Shown: positions 1 to 12,875, counted from the stretch's first letter. The stretch is 64,000 nt of DNA from the human T2T-CHM13v2.0 reference genome, Homo sapiens (GCF_009914755.1 NC_060930.1); one strand, 5' to 3'. Translations and numbers: made by a program. Notes: generated from the sequence alone by a model not told the origin.

Positions 1-1016
1 AAAATAAATAAGTAAAAGACAATGTTATTAAACAAAACCTAGGAATGTATGTAGAAAATATATGGTGATGAGAGGTGAAGCTCTGGGCAATAATAAATCA
101 TTTAGTCCACATTCCACAATCCTAAGTACGTTTAAAATACAAAGGCTTCCATTTTTGTGTGTGTTACAAATTCACAAGAGAGCAATAAATCCTACTGACA
201 TGTCACCTTTACTGTGACATCTAGCATACATACTTTCAACATGTTCTATCACCTTTTTTTTTTTAAGGCACTAGTGATGGCTTTGGAAAATAAGGTTCTT
301 TTCAGGTCCTGATGGACCACTTATAAAACATAGCCAAATTTTTAAAAAGTGTTTTAAACAGGCAATTACCTAGACTGTAGATATGTCACTAACGAAATGT
401 AAAAAATCTCATACCACAATGTGCAGATGTTTTAGTTTCTCCTAATGTGAGGAATACCTGCTACAAAAATTCCATGTTTCATTTCAATTCAAACATTTTA
501 AAGAGTACTCAGTATATGAGGTAATGTAGCAGATTCTGGAGATAAGACAGGTAAAGAAAGTAACATTTATGTTACTATGTATGCCAGACATTAGCTGGTT
601 ATCTTATTCAATCATAATAATGCTATGCTGTAGAAATTATTAAAACTCACTTTACAGAGGAGGAAATTAAGGCTAACATAAGTATAATAACTTGCTCGGG
701 GTCTCTCAGCAACAGAAGGCAGTGGGGTTGAGAAGTATGAGGTGGGGCCCATGAAGGTAGTGCCACATGACTATTCTTAGAGACAAACACAATATCCATT
801 GTAACAGATCCTTTTTTAACAGCAATGTGGAAGGGGATGAAGACTTGGAAAACCAAGGAGATAATCTTTGGGAATGGGCAAAGGAGTCACAGAAGGCTTT
901 AAAGAGGTTGATATTTAAGTTGTTAGTTAAGGGTGAGTAGGATTTACCAACTTCAATGCCAAGGCTCACCCCCACCCCCCTCACCCCCAATATATTAACC
1001 AAAATAAATTACTTAC

Positions 1017-1144
1017 TTGAAATTGAGAAAAACAATTTTGAGAGAAATCTTCCTCAGATATATTATTCCATAGTTTTAAAACAAATAATATGATGACAGT
1101 TTAATTTTTAGGTTGCTTTTATGTGGCTTGTCTTGGGTTTTATT
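1017..1144 (-). other. REV3L: REV3L alternative 128-nt 'poison' cassette exon in intron 1
   Basis: Minus strand reads branch-like GACTAAT...TTTCATTTCAG|AATAAAACCC...TTTCAA|GTAAGT. The AG is at 1146-1145, a consensus GTAAGT donor is at 1016-1011, and the length is exactly 128 nt. This matches my recollection of a reported 128-nt insert between REV3L c.139 and c.140. Joined to exon 1 (phase 1) it reads GAA TAA. Confidence 0.85.
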
Positions 1145-2229
1145 CTGAAATGAAATTTAGATTAGTCATTTTCTTGTTCTGAGAAACTGCGAGTATGCCA
1201 ACATGTTTTAACTTTACATTTTTCACATATCAACATGTATTCTTATTTACAAAGTCTTTCATTTCACCATCTCAAACAAAACCTAATTTAGTATATAAAT
1301 TACTTTGAAGTATAAATATATATGCAAAATAATATATTTCTTTTAATTCTTGTTATACTTCCTTGTAATCGTAATAAATGGAAGAAAAATAGTAATCTTG
1401 TGAACTGTTATATATTACACAAGGCATTTTTGAGGTAACACTCTTTAATTATTTGAATTGTTTATATAGTAGTAATGCTCTCTGAACCCAAAGAAAATTA
1501 AATAACTGCCCCAAAGTAAATTGAGCTCAAATTCTTAGTATTTCCCAAAACTATCATCTAAAAAAATAGAATTGGCCAAAAAAGAAAAAAAAAAACCACG
1601 AAATTTTCCATTGACAATTACTACTCATTTTTCTCAGAATTTACTTTGCTAGGCTTGTATTCAATTTCTGCTACAGAAAACAGTCCAGTTTACCAATGCT
1701 AATTAAACAACAAAGTATTTTTCATTTATAAAATGAAATATTTAAAAACCCACAGAGAGCTGGAAGAAACACAAGATCATCTGGAAAACTTAGAAGGAAC
1801 GACAGAAAACACACACACACACCAAACAAAAACACCAAAAAGGTTAAATAGGCTGTCATTAAGAGGGTCTTACTTTTACTTATAATTTGTTTTGGTCTCA
1901 AAATCCACATCATGTTTGGACAGTAGACTGAGTTATTTCTAATTGCCTAAGACACTCATTCCTGCCTTATCTGTATCTACATGGAAATTACAAGTTAACA
2001 CAATTTCACCCAAAGTTTACTGTTCCTTAACTCCCATTATTTCCTCTTATTATCACTATGATGTTAAAATGGCAGCCAGATACCAGAGTGACATACCTCA
2101 TACCATGGCCCATTTCTTACTTTATAAGTAAGTTCAAACTATTTCTTTGAAATATCCAGCACCAATGACAACATCCTCTAAAACCTACTTTAACCCAACC
2201 TATTTAGACTTGAATCATTTTTCACTTAG

Positions 2230-2352
2230 ATTTTTTTTTTTTCTTAAAGAGACGGGGTCTTGCCATGTTGCCCAGACTGGTCGCAAAATCCTGGGCTCAG
2301 GCAATCTTCCTGCCTCTGCTTCCCAAAGTGCTGGGATTATAGGTGCCTGGCC
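2230..2352 (-). mobile_element. Alu monomer (FLAM-like)
   Basis: Poly-T followed by Alu left-arm reverse complement (gagacggggtcttgccatgttgccc...cccaaagtgctgggatta). Confidence 0.85.
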
Positions 2353-3985
2353 CTAGATTATCTTTAATTGCGTGAATTCTAATCCAATCAAAAGCAAGAT
2401 GAGAGAAAATGTAATTATAGTACCAGAGGAACTTGAAAGGTCTCATATATTCCCTCCTGCCTTTTTTGGAAATAGCATACATACGATTTTAGTATCAATT
2501 TTTATTTATGTTTGCCCTAAACTCCTTTTGCTATAATCTTTTGTTTTCTTAAAGATACAGCCCAAGTCATCATAAAACGAATCCTACTATAATCTATTCT
2601 AGATTATAGAATATTAATAATATTATTATATAAGAAGATTCTAAGCACTATTAGATACAGTAGGGTCTCAAAGATTTCTGAACTACATATGTGCAGTTCT
2701 TTTAATAATTCCTCTGAGGTTCTGTATTTTTGTCTTTCAATTATCATCAATGCCTTCCTCCAATATTCCCTCATGTTTCGGGGGGAGAGGGGGTCAGTGT
2801 GAGGTGATGAGAGCTGAAGAGTCAAGATCCAAGATCCCCAATTTTCAAATCCAGCCTCACACCAACCAACTGTAGGACACTGGACAAATCCCTGAGCCTG
2901 CTATGTAGATTTCAGTTTTCTTCATACAAAATGAGTACATTTGACTAGAATGATGCTTCTCAACCCTTTTAACATTGCAAACAAAACTTGTCAGCAAAAA
3001 AAAATTTAGCACACTGGACAACAGGAGGGCATTTGGAGGCATCTACACAGTGCCTGGTGAAAAAAAATTATCATATTTTCTAATTACAGAAGAAAAAATG
3101 TAAAGTGTTATGGTAGATATTTTTTGACACATGTAATGCTGAAAATTTTAATATGAATTTCAAAACCAAACATTTTCACATCAAGAATATTTCAAAATTA
3201 AAATCATGCTTTATTTCTGACAAACATACATGCACTATTAGGCAGTCACCTTGCAGAGCATATCAAACGCACGTGGTGAGCAGCATCCAATACAGGTGAA
3301 TACAGATAGTCAGGCCTGGAGCTGGGCCACCAGAGACACCCTCCCTGCTTCCTTGTCCTCTCATTGTAAGTGGGTTGCACCTTGTGGTAGGTGGCATGTT
3401 CCTTCGGCACCGTGAATACAAACTCCAGTAACAATTCCATGATCCCTTTCCCACAAAAGGCAGCTGTACACTGTGGCTGGCTGCTGAAGTAGATTCCAAG
3501 TAGTAAGGCACACCTCATTTAATGCACTTAAAATATCAAAAGGAGCAGTATGCTGCTTTTAACTGTTGGTTGTCACTCACCATGCTATTTGTTCACAGGA
3601 ACCCCAACGCCTTCCTTCAGCCCCCATTCTACTAGGACTACCCTTCTGTGAGCCATGTAACATCAACTGAAAACTTTGAATTAGAAGATCTCTAACAATA
3701 ACTAAAGTTAAAAACAGTATTGCAGTAATCATTTGTTTGTAACAACTATTATGGTCTCTTATTTTTTCCTTCTTACCAATTCCTGTAAGCAAAACATAAC
3801 TTAAAAATATTAACTTTGAATAGTATTACATGCACATGATTTTAAAATACTGAAAAATTACCAAACAGTATACTTTAAAAGTTAGTCCATCTTTGTCCTC
3901 TAGGCAACCACTTCTACACACTGGAGCAATTACTGTCATCAGACTCTCCCGTATCCTCCCATGCACATTACATTCTATAGCTGCC

Positions 3986-3987
<2 letters not shown>

Positions 3988-4022
<35 letters not shown>
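3988..4022. repeat. (CA)n microsatellite
   Basis: About 17 CA units. Confidence 0.95.
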
Positions 4023-4026
<4 letters not shown>

Positions 4027-4039
4027 GGATTTTATTATA

Positions 4040-4980
4040 ATAAAGAATTTTATTCTAATACATAGGCATATATAGCATATAAAAATATATATTTTAACCA
4101 CACGAATGGCAGCAAACTGCACATGCAGTCATGCCTCTTGCTTTTTTCCTCATATCTTTGACATAGCACCACAGCAGTACACATAGTATTCTCTCATTAT
4201 TTTTAAAGGCTGACTAGTATTCTGTTGAATATATACACCATAATTCACCTAACTACTTCCCTACTGATATGTTTAGCATGTTTCCAATCTTTTGCAGTAA
4301 CAAATAATGCTGCCACAAATATTCTTAGATATTTATTTGACATATATGCAAAATCTTCTAGAGAATAAAATCCTATAATGGAATTACTAGAACGAAATAA
4401 ATCTGTGTTTTAATTTTTGAAAACCATTTTCAAACTGCTTTCTATAGAGTATGAATACTTTATAATCCCACCAGCAATGTATAAGGCTGACCATTTTCTC
4501 TTCTCACCTTTCCCGAGTTATACTATACATAACCTTTGCTCATTTGATAGGTGACAAAGAGTATGTTGTAGCTTGAATTTACATCTTTATTATATTATAA
4601 ATAAAGTTGTACATTTTTTCATATGAATTCTCTTTGCTAATTTTTCTACTGGATTATTTTCTAGTTCTTTGTATTAAGAGGAACTTAGCCCTTTGTGAAG
4701 TATACAAATAAGTTTTACTAGTCTGTTTCTCTTTTAACTTTGTTTGATTTTTTCCCCTGTACAGAATTTTATTTTTATGTCCTAAAATCCAGCAACCCAG
4801 TATGCTATTAAAGGACTTCACCAATCCTGGATTACGTAAAAAATAATTACCCTACCTTTTTTGTTTCTTTGTTTCATATTTAAATCTTTAACTCCTCTGG
4901 AAGCCAACATTATTTTTCCAGATGACTAACTGGCTATCCCAACACTGTTTATTAAACAATTCTTCTTTTCCCTACTCATA
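4040..4980 (-). mobile_element. Old L1M 3' fragment
   Basis: Degenerate L1M-like 3' end reverse complement (ttccaatcttttgcagtaacaaataatgctg; cccaccagcaatgtata). Confidence 0.55.
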
Positions 4981-5007
4981 AATGAAGGTGGGATCCATTT
5001 TCATATA

Positions 5008-5594
<587 letters not shown>

Positions 5595-6269
5595 TATTAA
5601 GCTCTCATATATATTTAAGTTAATTCTAGTCTTTACTCTGTTTTAGTGCTGTCATGTGCCAAAACCATGTTACTTTTCAAAACATTTTAAAATTAAAACC
5701 ACTTTACATACAAGTAAGAATAATACAACCAGAAATTACTGGCTTGCTTTAATTTATGAATCATTTTGCAATTTCTAAATGGAATTTATATAATTAAGTT
5801 CAATATGATCATCATGCAATCATGCATTTTGGTTGACACATATTTTGGAGACCATTACGAATCTCATGTCTCCCACTACATTTCTGGAACCATATCTAGA
5901 AAATCAATTTTTCCTTAATTTTGTACATGGTTTTTTTAAATTATAAAATCAGCACATGTTATCTGTAAAAAATCTGAAAATATAAAACATACCTTCCAGA
6001 GATAACCAACTTTTATACTTCGGTGTATTTTTTTCCACACTTTTAATAAGTGACTATTTTGTAAACTAATTTTTTCACATAATATGACAGCACTTTCCCA
6101 TGTTATTACACATACTTCTACAACATGTTTTAAACACATCCTCCCAAATGAATATACCCAGTTTATGCAACCATTTGCCAATTGTTGAACACTTAGAGTT
6201 GTTCTCTGTGATGATTATCATCTATTTATTAATCCTTGCCACAAATGAGTTCCAAGAATTAATAGACGA

Positions 6270-6950
6270 GTTTCAAGCACTGTGGTAAGCATTAACTCTA
6301 TAATGGTGAGGAAAAAGAAACACATTATCAGGATTTCTGGAGGTTACAATCTATTTGGAAAAACAGATGTTAATCTCCAACACATATGAAATTACAATGA
6401 CAGCAAGTGCTATGAGGAGAGTTCATGGTGCTCTGAGAGTCTGTGATAGGGAAGCCTTCCCTGAGGAAAGATAAATCGAAGTTTAGGTGAAAGAAAAGTA
6501 AAAACATTCTCAGCAGGGGCAACGGCAGGTACAAAGCCCTCACTGTGGGAAGGAGCATGGCAAGAACAAGGGACTGAGATAAGGCCAACAAGGCTGGAAC
6601 AAAAAGAGTAAGTCAAGAACATGGCTCAAGTCATGACTAGACAGAAAGGTAAGGGCCAGACTATGCAAGACCTTGTAAGACAGGCAGATGCCACCATATA
6701 AGACACAGAGTTCTGTCCATATCCTGAATGCAATGGAAAGCTACTGAAGCATATCAAACAGTAGGGTGATGTAATCAGGTTTGCATTTTTAAAAGATCCC
6801 TCTGATTACAGTGTAGGAAACAGATCAGAAGGGGACAAAGTAGATTGGGATAAACCAAGATTAGGAGGCTACTGTAGTAAACCTGACCAAAAATGCTAGT
6901 AGTTTAGGGTGGTGATGGATTATGAAAAGAAGTAGACGGATTCAAAAGAC
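6270..6950 (-). mobile_element. L2 LINE fragment
   Basis: L2-typical motifs (aatcaggtttgcatttttaaaagatccctctg; aggaggctactgtagta). Confidence 0.6.
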
Positions 6951-8492
6951 AACCAGATTTGCCAAAAGATTTATGCTCATAGATTAAAATCCCTAAAACT
7001 AGAATTACTGGGTCAAAAAAGAACACTTCAAGGATTCTAATATACATTGCCAAACTGCCCTGCAAAGAGCAGTTGTCTTCATCTGTCAATTACCTTGTAG
7101 CTGTTCCTCTATCTGAAATTTTAAGTTCCTTAAAAATTCCTTTAACATGACTAATCCATATTTCCTTCACGAAGTCTTCCCTGACTCCCCTTTTTGCCTG
7201 GATATAGAACATGTCTCCCAATGAATCCTTGCTTTGTCTTATACACATTTCTATAGTCCAGTCATACTGCATTTGACTTACGTTTACATGCCCATCATCT
7301 CTACTACATTGTGAGCTTCTGGAGAGTAAAGCTGTTCTTAAGGCACTTAAAGCTAAAACAACTTGCTACTCAGGGCTTCAAATACCTACTTTAAAAAAAG
7401 TGACCAATTTGTTTGTGATGAGTCATTACATCTCCATAGTGTTCCTGAAAATCTCTCCAATAATTGTAATCAAATAGGTGTTATATGATCTTAAAATATT
7501 TTTAAATAGCTTAGTAAAAAACAGACTATGAACAAAGCAGATTCTATTAGAGAAACTTTTGAACCTGAGTTGTTGATACACGCTAATTTTCAAAATTATT
7601 CTTATTGCAAATTTAACTCCAATTTACCAAAAAAAAAAAAAAGGTTATTCTGGTAGTTTCTTATATTTAATTTTATAAAATATAAACAATGAGAATATAT
7701 TTATAATTGGATAAGCATCTACATAAACTTATATAGCATTTCAGAATTATCAATTCCTTATGTTGAAAAGCTTGATTTCATGGCTAACAGTATCTAGAAC
7801 AATCTACCAAAATATTCACTAAGCTAGAGGAAGTGGCAGAGTTCCTTAGAGTAATCTTAAAGACAAGCAGCTCCCTCTATAGTCTGTCTGGCCTACTTTG
7901 TTTAATTACTTGCTTTGTGGACATCCCACACTCTTCTATTTACTCCTACTCTGCATCTCAGCAGGGAAGCTCTTTGAAAGGATAGTTCTGTTTAACCTGG
8001 TGCTGAGGAAACTGTGAGAGCTGTCTAAACTCAGCATGAAGTGAGTTACATCAAGCAACTAAGCAAAAGTCGAGATGTGGAAAATGGACAGCTTCCCAAG
8101 TCCACCTCAGTCAAATCCTTAAATGAAGCCTGATGATTTCATTTGTAGTGAATCCTCTGAGTGGTCACACCTATATTCAAATCTAAATGAAAAAACATTG
8201 TCCTATACTTTATTCACAACCTTTCTTCCCTCCATTAAAACAAGTTACCAAAATGTTGTTCTAAAAGAAAAAATTAACAATTTATTCTACAAATGATACT
8301 GCTCAATTTGATTATGTCAAAATAATGTTCAAGACATTTTAAAAACTAGTTAAAAAAATGGACAGGAAATTTGTTTTTGTTTTTTAAAAAATTCCATAAC
8401 TCAGATGAAGAAACTTTAAGTGATTCCCTTAGGAATCAATATCCTCAGTTGGCAAGGGATTAAATCAGTCAGGATTTACCATTCAAATCTGA

Positions 8493-8809
<317 letters not shown>

Positions 8810-11748
8810 TGAATATCCCTCTTTTTAAAAATACCTTTTCAAATTTCACCAACTTAAGACATGGGAGCTTTTAAACCCAAAACACTTTATTTCTTAAATT
8901 ACTCAAGATACGTCCTCAAAACACAGAACAATCAAAAGTCAACTGGACTGTTTTCTAAAGCAGAAAAATGCTTTTCAGGCAATAATAGAAAAACTAAACT
9001 AGTAAAAGGGTATTAATCCAATCAGTTCAGAATTTGTAATATAATTTTGAAACGGCCACTTCATTTGAGAAAAAATATCTTTGGTTGCTATTTTTCAGGA
9101 TCTCATTTGTAAAGCAAAGTCAATTTTAAAACATTTTCTCTCCAAACCAAAGTAAAGCATTAAGGACCTCCCAAAGTAATTCTTATATATGAAAAAAGTA
9201 TGTTTATGCTATTTTATGTAGCATAGGTTTATCATGTGTTACACATTTTTATTACCTTATTTTACTTGTTAGTAAAGATATAAACTATAAAGATATAATA
9301 CAAACCATGTTTATATCTTTGCATTATGTTTACATCTTTACTTTCAAATAAATCTGTCTTCATTAAAAATTCTAGCATTCAGAGTTTTACTAAGTCAGAC
9401 TGGCCTCTCTTTTATATTAATAATTTTCAAGTTTTATTTTATTGGACTAGTTTTCCTTGGGGAGATAATTCAAAAGCAGGTAATTCTGCAGTTTTTGATT
9501 ATGTTTAATTAATATTAATCTCACTGGGAGTTTCTGACGTGCTAATAAAAATGCTGGCTTGGTTTATGAAAAGTGTAAACTCTAAATGTATGCCAATGAC
9601 TTCAAATTTTTTCTTGTTGAAACAAACATTTTGTTGGAAACTGTGAACTACATGGCAAATTCAATTTGATAATCCTTAACAATTTAAAATTTGACTTTCT
9701 CTGTATCAAGTTTTATGTCTTTCAATGTACATATAAAAAGTGTTACTTTTTAATTCATTTAAAATATAAATTTCAAAGTATGTACCAAAAAAAAAACCCC
9801 AATGGGGGTTTTTAGTCTTTGGTTTTTTCGTTTTTGTTTTTTTTTTTTTTTTTTAAGGTGCTGGTAATCTATTGTGGGATGTCCATGAAGGATGAAATAG
9901 GAAATAGTTAATGTGTCTTTTAAAAAATATTCAGGAAAACAACAGTATATAATATTCTTTATTTTTTAAGGAACATTTCCTCACGTAATAGAATTACATT
10001 AGCTTACAGTGAAACTCATTTATTTCCACAAACGAAACTTTCCTATACAACAAAGCTTGACTATCTCTCAGGAAAACATATTTAATGACTTGTGTGGAGG
10101 AGAAAAAATTATGTGTGGAAAAGTAACTCAAACCATACAAGCTGTAATACACAGAAATGCCACAGTATATCCTATTAGCATGTCACTTTATGATTCGGAA
10201 ATTTGGCTGAACAGGGCCATATCAACTTCACTATTTTATCCTTCCTCTGCATCTGAAGTGAGAACAGTGCATTACACTGAAATTCCAATTGGAAACAAAG
10301 ACAGCACCACTATATTTAAAAGGGCAGAAAACCTATCTTATAGAACACTTCATCGCCTCGATTTCCCAGCCTCCAAAGTTTCAAGTGTTACACTTTCAAC
10401 ACGTTAAAAGCACTCAAATTCCCCATCTTTCAAGGTTCATATCAAAATCATATTCACTAGTTTAAATAGGAATATGCTACCAAATCTCACAACATTGACA
10501 TTTTAACAAAGAGAATTCACATTAAAAGATAACTGCTTTAAAATGAGTGCTTGTGTTTGGGAAAGCGCTATTATCTTGGTAGTCCACAGAAACTGACTGT
10601 AGTAATAAGATGAATGGTGATGAGGGCAAGGAGCATCAAGTGGGAAATGCTATCTAAAATCCCATAGGGCAATTCATAGCTAGAGGGAAGAACAACCTTT
10701 CCTAAGATGCATTATTTCCTAGAACTCCATTATTTCATGGAAGCAGTTCAAAGCATGCAAAAAAGCAAAACCATTTTAAAACACCTAGTAAACTGGGCCT
10801 CTATCTTTTTTATATTATCATAAGCCCCAGGAGTTTTTGAGAACGTACCTTCTGTCACGGCTGTCTCCCCTTCCCATCCCTTCTTCAACATAGTTGTGTT
10901 TAAAAAATATATACCTGTACTTAAAACGCAATCCTACAGCCCAGCCTAGGAGCATTTCAAAATGTCTGTGCTGCTGAGTCTGGCTGTGGTTCCTAATAAA
11001 TTCACCCCATTAAGTGTGATGTTTTAGGTTGGGCAACATAAACACGCATTTCCTACTTCCATGGATGCACATTTCCTGAAAGCACTGCACCTAAGGATGC
11101 TGCCCTGTCCCCCGACGCTCAGGCACTAAACTCTAAGGAGTCACGACCTGCACTCACAGCAGAGCCACACGGTCACCCCAGTGAGAAAGATTATCTGGCC
11201 CCAAGCGCCACTCTCTCCGGCCCACTGCATCTCCGGAACTGGCAGAGGAGAGCGAGGGTGAGAAGAGACCATGGGGAGCGACTGACAACAAGGCTGACAC
11301 TTCCCCGTTTCCAGAAAGCGGCACTTGGGGGACACAAGGGATGTCCCACTAGCGACCGACCTCAGAGCAGGCCCTACGAACCCGTCCACCGATGGACATG
11401 GCGCGGCCACCTGGCCCGCCGTCCGGGGCGCCCGCGGCTTTCGCTCTCCCGGCCCGCGCCCTGGAGTGCGGCTCCCGCTCCCGGCCGCCACACGCAGTCT
11501 AAACACGCGGCGCTCGCCACCTCCCTGCCCGGGGGTGGGGGCGCCGCGCAGCGCTCGCGCGGACCCACATTTTTGCGGCTCTTGTCACGCACAAGAGAAA
11601 AGGCGAGGAGGGCGGAGGGGAGGGAAGACGCGGCAGCGATCCACGGAGACGGCCGGCGCCGGTGGCGTGTGCGCGTGTGCGCGGCGGGGAGGGCGGCCCC
11701 GGCGCCCCGCCGACTCCCGCTCCCGCCCCGCGCCCGGCGCCCGCTTAC

Positions 11749-11887
11749 CTGCCGGGGTCGCTCCGAAGACTCGCACCACCGGCACCTTCTTGACAGGGGC
11801 CTGGGTGAGGGGGGATTGGCAGGTATCCAGCCCCTGCAGCGGGCTGGCCATGTAGTAGTCTGCAGTCACTATCCTTACTGAAAACAT
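11749..11887 (-). CDS. REV3L: REV3L (DNA polymerase zeta catalytic subunit) first coding exon, 139 nt, phase 1; the gene continues beyond the left edge of the window
   Basis: Translates MFSVRIVTADYYMASPLQGLDTCQSPLTQAPVKKVPVVRVFGATPA(G), the recognised REV3L N-terminus. ATG at 11887; donor CAG|GTAAGC after 11749. Confidence 0.97.
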
Positions 11888-11890
11888 GTT

Positions 11891-11975
11891 CGCCGCCGCC
11901 GCCACTGCCTCCCTTCACTGGCGACCCGGCAGCGGCAGCAGCAGCGGCGGCGGCTCCCTCCGCAGCGGCGGCGGC
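11891..11975. repeat. GCC/GCT trinucleotide-rich tracts in the REV3L 5' UTR
   Basis: cgccgccgccgcc and ggcagcggcagcagcagcggcggcggc tracts. Confidence 0.85.
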
Positions 11976-12071
11976 GCCCCCTCCCCTTCTCGGCACGGCC
12001 CCCTCCCCTCACACAGAGGCACCTCGAGGAGCGGCGGGCGGGGCGGTGTAGGCGCTGCTGCCGCCGCCTCC

Positions 12072-12203
12072 TCAGGAGCACCCGGCAAGGGGCCGCAGGA
12101 GAGAAGCCCTCGAGCTTTCGTCGGTGCTGGTGCTGCCGCCACTGCCGCCACCGCCGGGAATCACACGGGCTCCTCGGTCCCAGGCTGCAGCTCTTGTTGC
12201 CAT
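12072..12203 (-). promoter_or_regulatory. Upstream ORF (43 aa) in the REV3L 5' leader
   Basis: ATC ATC ATG G (A at -3, G at +4) opens MATRAAAWDRGARVIPGGGGSGGSTSTDESSRASLLRPLAGCS*; the stop lies 184 nt upstream of the main ATG. Depends on the TSS lying above 12203. Confidence 0.65.
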
Positions 12204-12469
12204 GATGATGATGTCACGGACGCAACCACTGGGGGGAGGGGAGAGGGGGGTGTGTGTGGCGAAGGGAGGCTGCGAGTAGTGCGGGGGAGGGGGCTCGGCG
12301 GGAAAAGGAGCGAGAGGGCGGGCGCCCGGGCGGGACACGGAGGGCGGGGGCCGAGAAGGGGCTTTCTCCCCCTCCCCGGGCACGCGGCGAGGGAGGCGGC
12401 CGGCGGCCGGCAGCGCCCGCGCGGGATCGATGACTCGGCTGGCGGGCACGGTCACCTGGGTGAGGGGCA

Positions 12470-12664
12470 GCGGAAGGGGCGGCGGAGCACCGATCTCATG
12501 GATGGGCTCCGAGGGGCTTGCGGGAGGGGGGCGCCAGTGTTCGGGGCCGTTTTGGCGGCTATGCAGGATTGGCAGGAGCTGCGATGCTCACACTTGCCTC
12601 GCCGACCGCCATTTCACATCCAGCAGAGGAGGCGGGGGCAGCCGCTGAGACGGTTTTTCACAAG
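12470..12664 (+). ncRNA. TRAF3IP2-AS1: Probable first exon of the divergent lncRNA TRAF3IP2-AS1 (start approximate; transcript extends rightwards)
   Basis: Strong + strand donor CAAG|GTAAGA after 12664 (second donor CAG|GTAACG after 12795) inside the CpG island. Identity comes from known human gene order (head-to-head with REV3L), not from sequence recognition. Confidence 0.6.
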
Positions 12665-12867
12665 GTAAGAAAATCCGCCCGCGTGAGGAGGGAGGCGAGG
12701 CGCAGATCTCGTGCCGCTGCGGCCTCGCGGGAGGGAAGGGCGGGCGGGCGGCGGAACGGGCGGGGCCGGGTGCGGACGCAGCCGGCCCTTCTCAGGTAAC
12801 GCCGCGGCTCCGCGCGTGGCCCGGGGGCGGTGCGAAGGGTGGGGGCGCGCGGGCGCGGGCTTCGGCC

Positions 12868-12875
12868 TATAAAAG
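12868..12875 (+). promoter_or_regulatory. Consensus TATA box
   Basis: TATAAAAG embedded in very GC-rich sequence. Confidence 0.5.

Noticed and set aside
9792-9855. AAAAACCCC-AATG-GGGGTTTTT hairpin followed by a T-tract, resembling a bacterial intrinsic terminator
   Set aside because: Mammalian intron made of homopolymer runs; no Pol III gene is visible upstream.
11585-11905. 106-aa ORF as the full REV3L exon, including a GTG-initiated extension
   Set aside because: The true start is ATG 11887 and the exon ends at the 11749 donor; the remainder is intron read-through. An in-frame TGA just upstream limits any extension to a few residues.
11886-12668. 260-aa + strand ORF sharing the CATG of the REV3L start
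   Set aside because: Low-complexity Gly/Ala/Arg translation of a GC-rich island, antisense to the REV3L 5' UTR and starting upstream of the likely + strand TSS.
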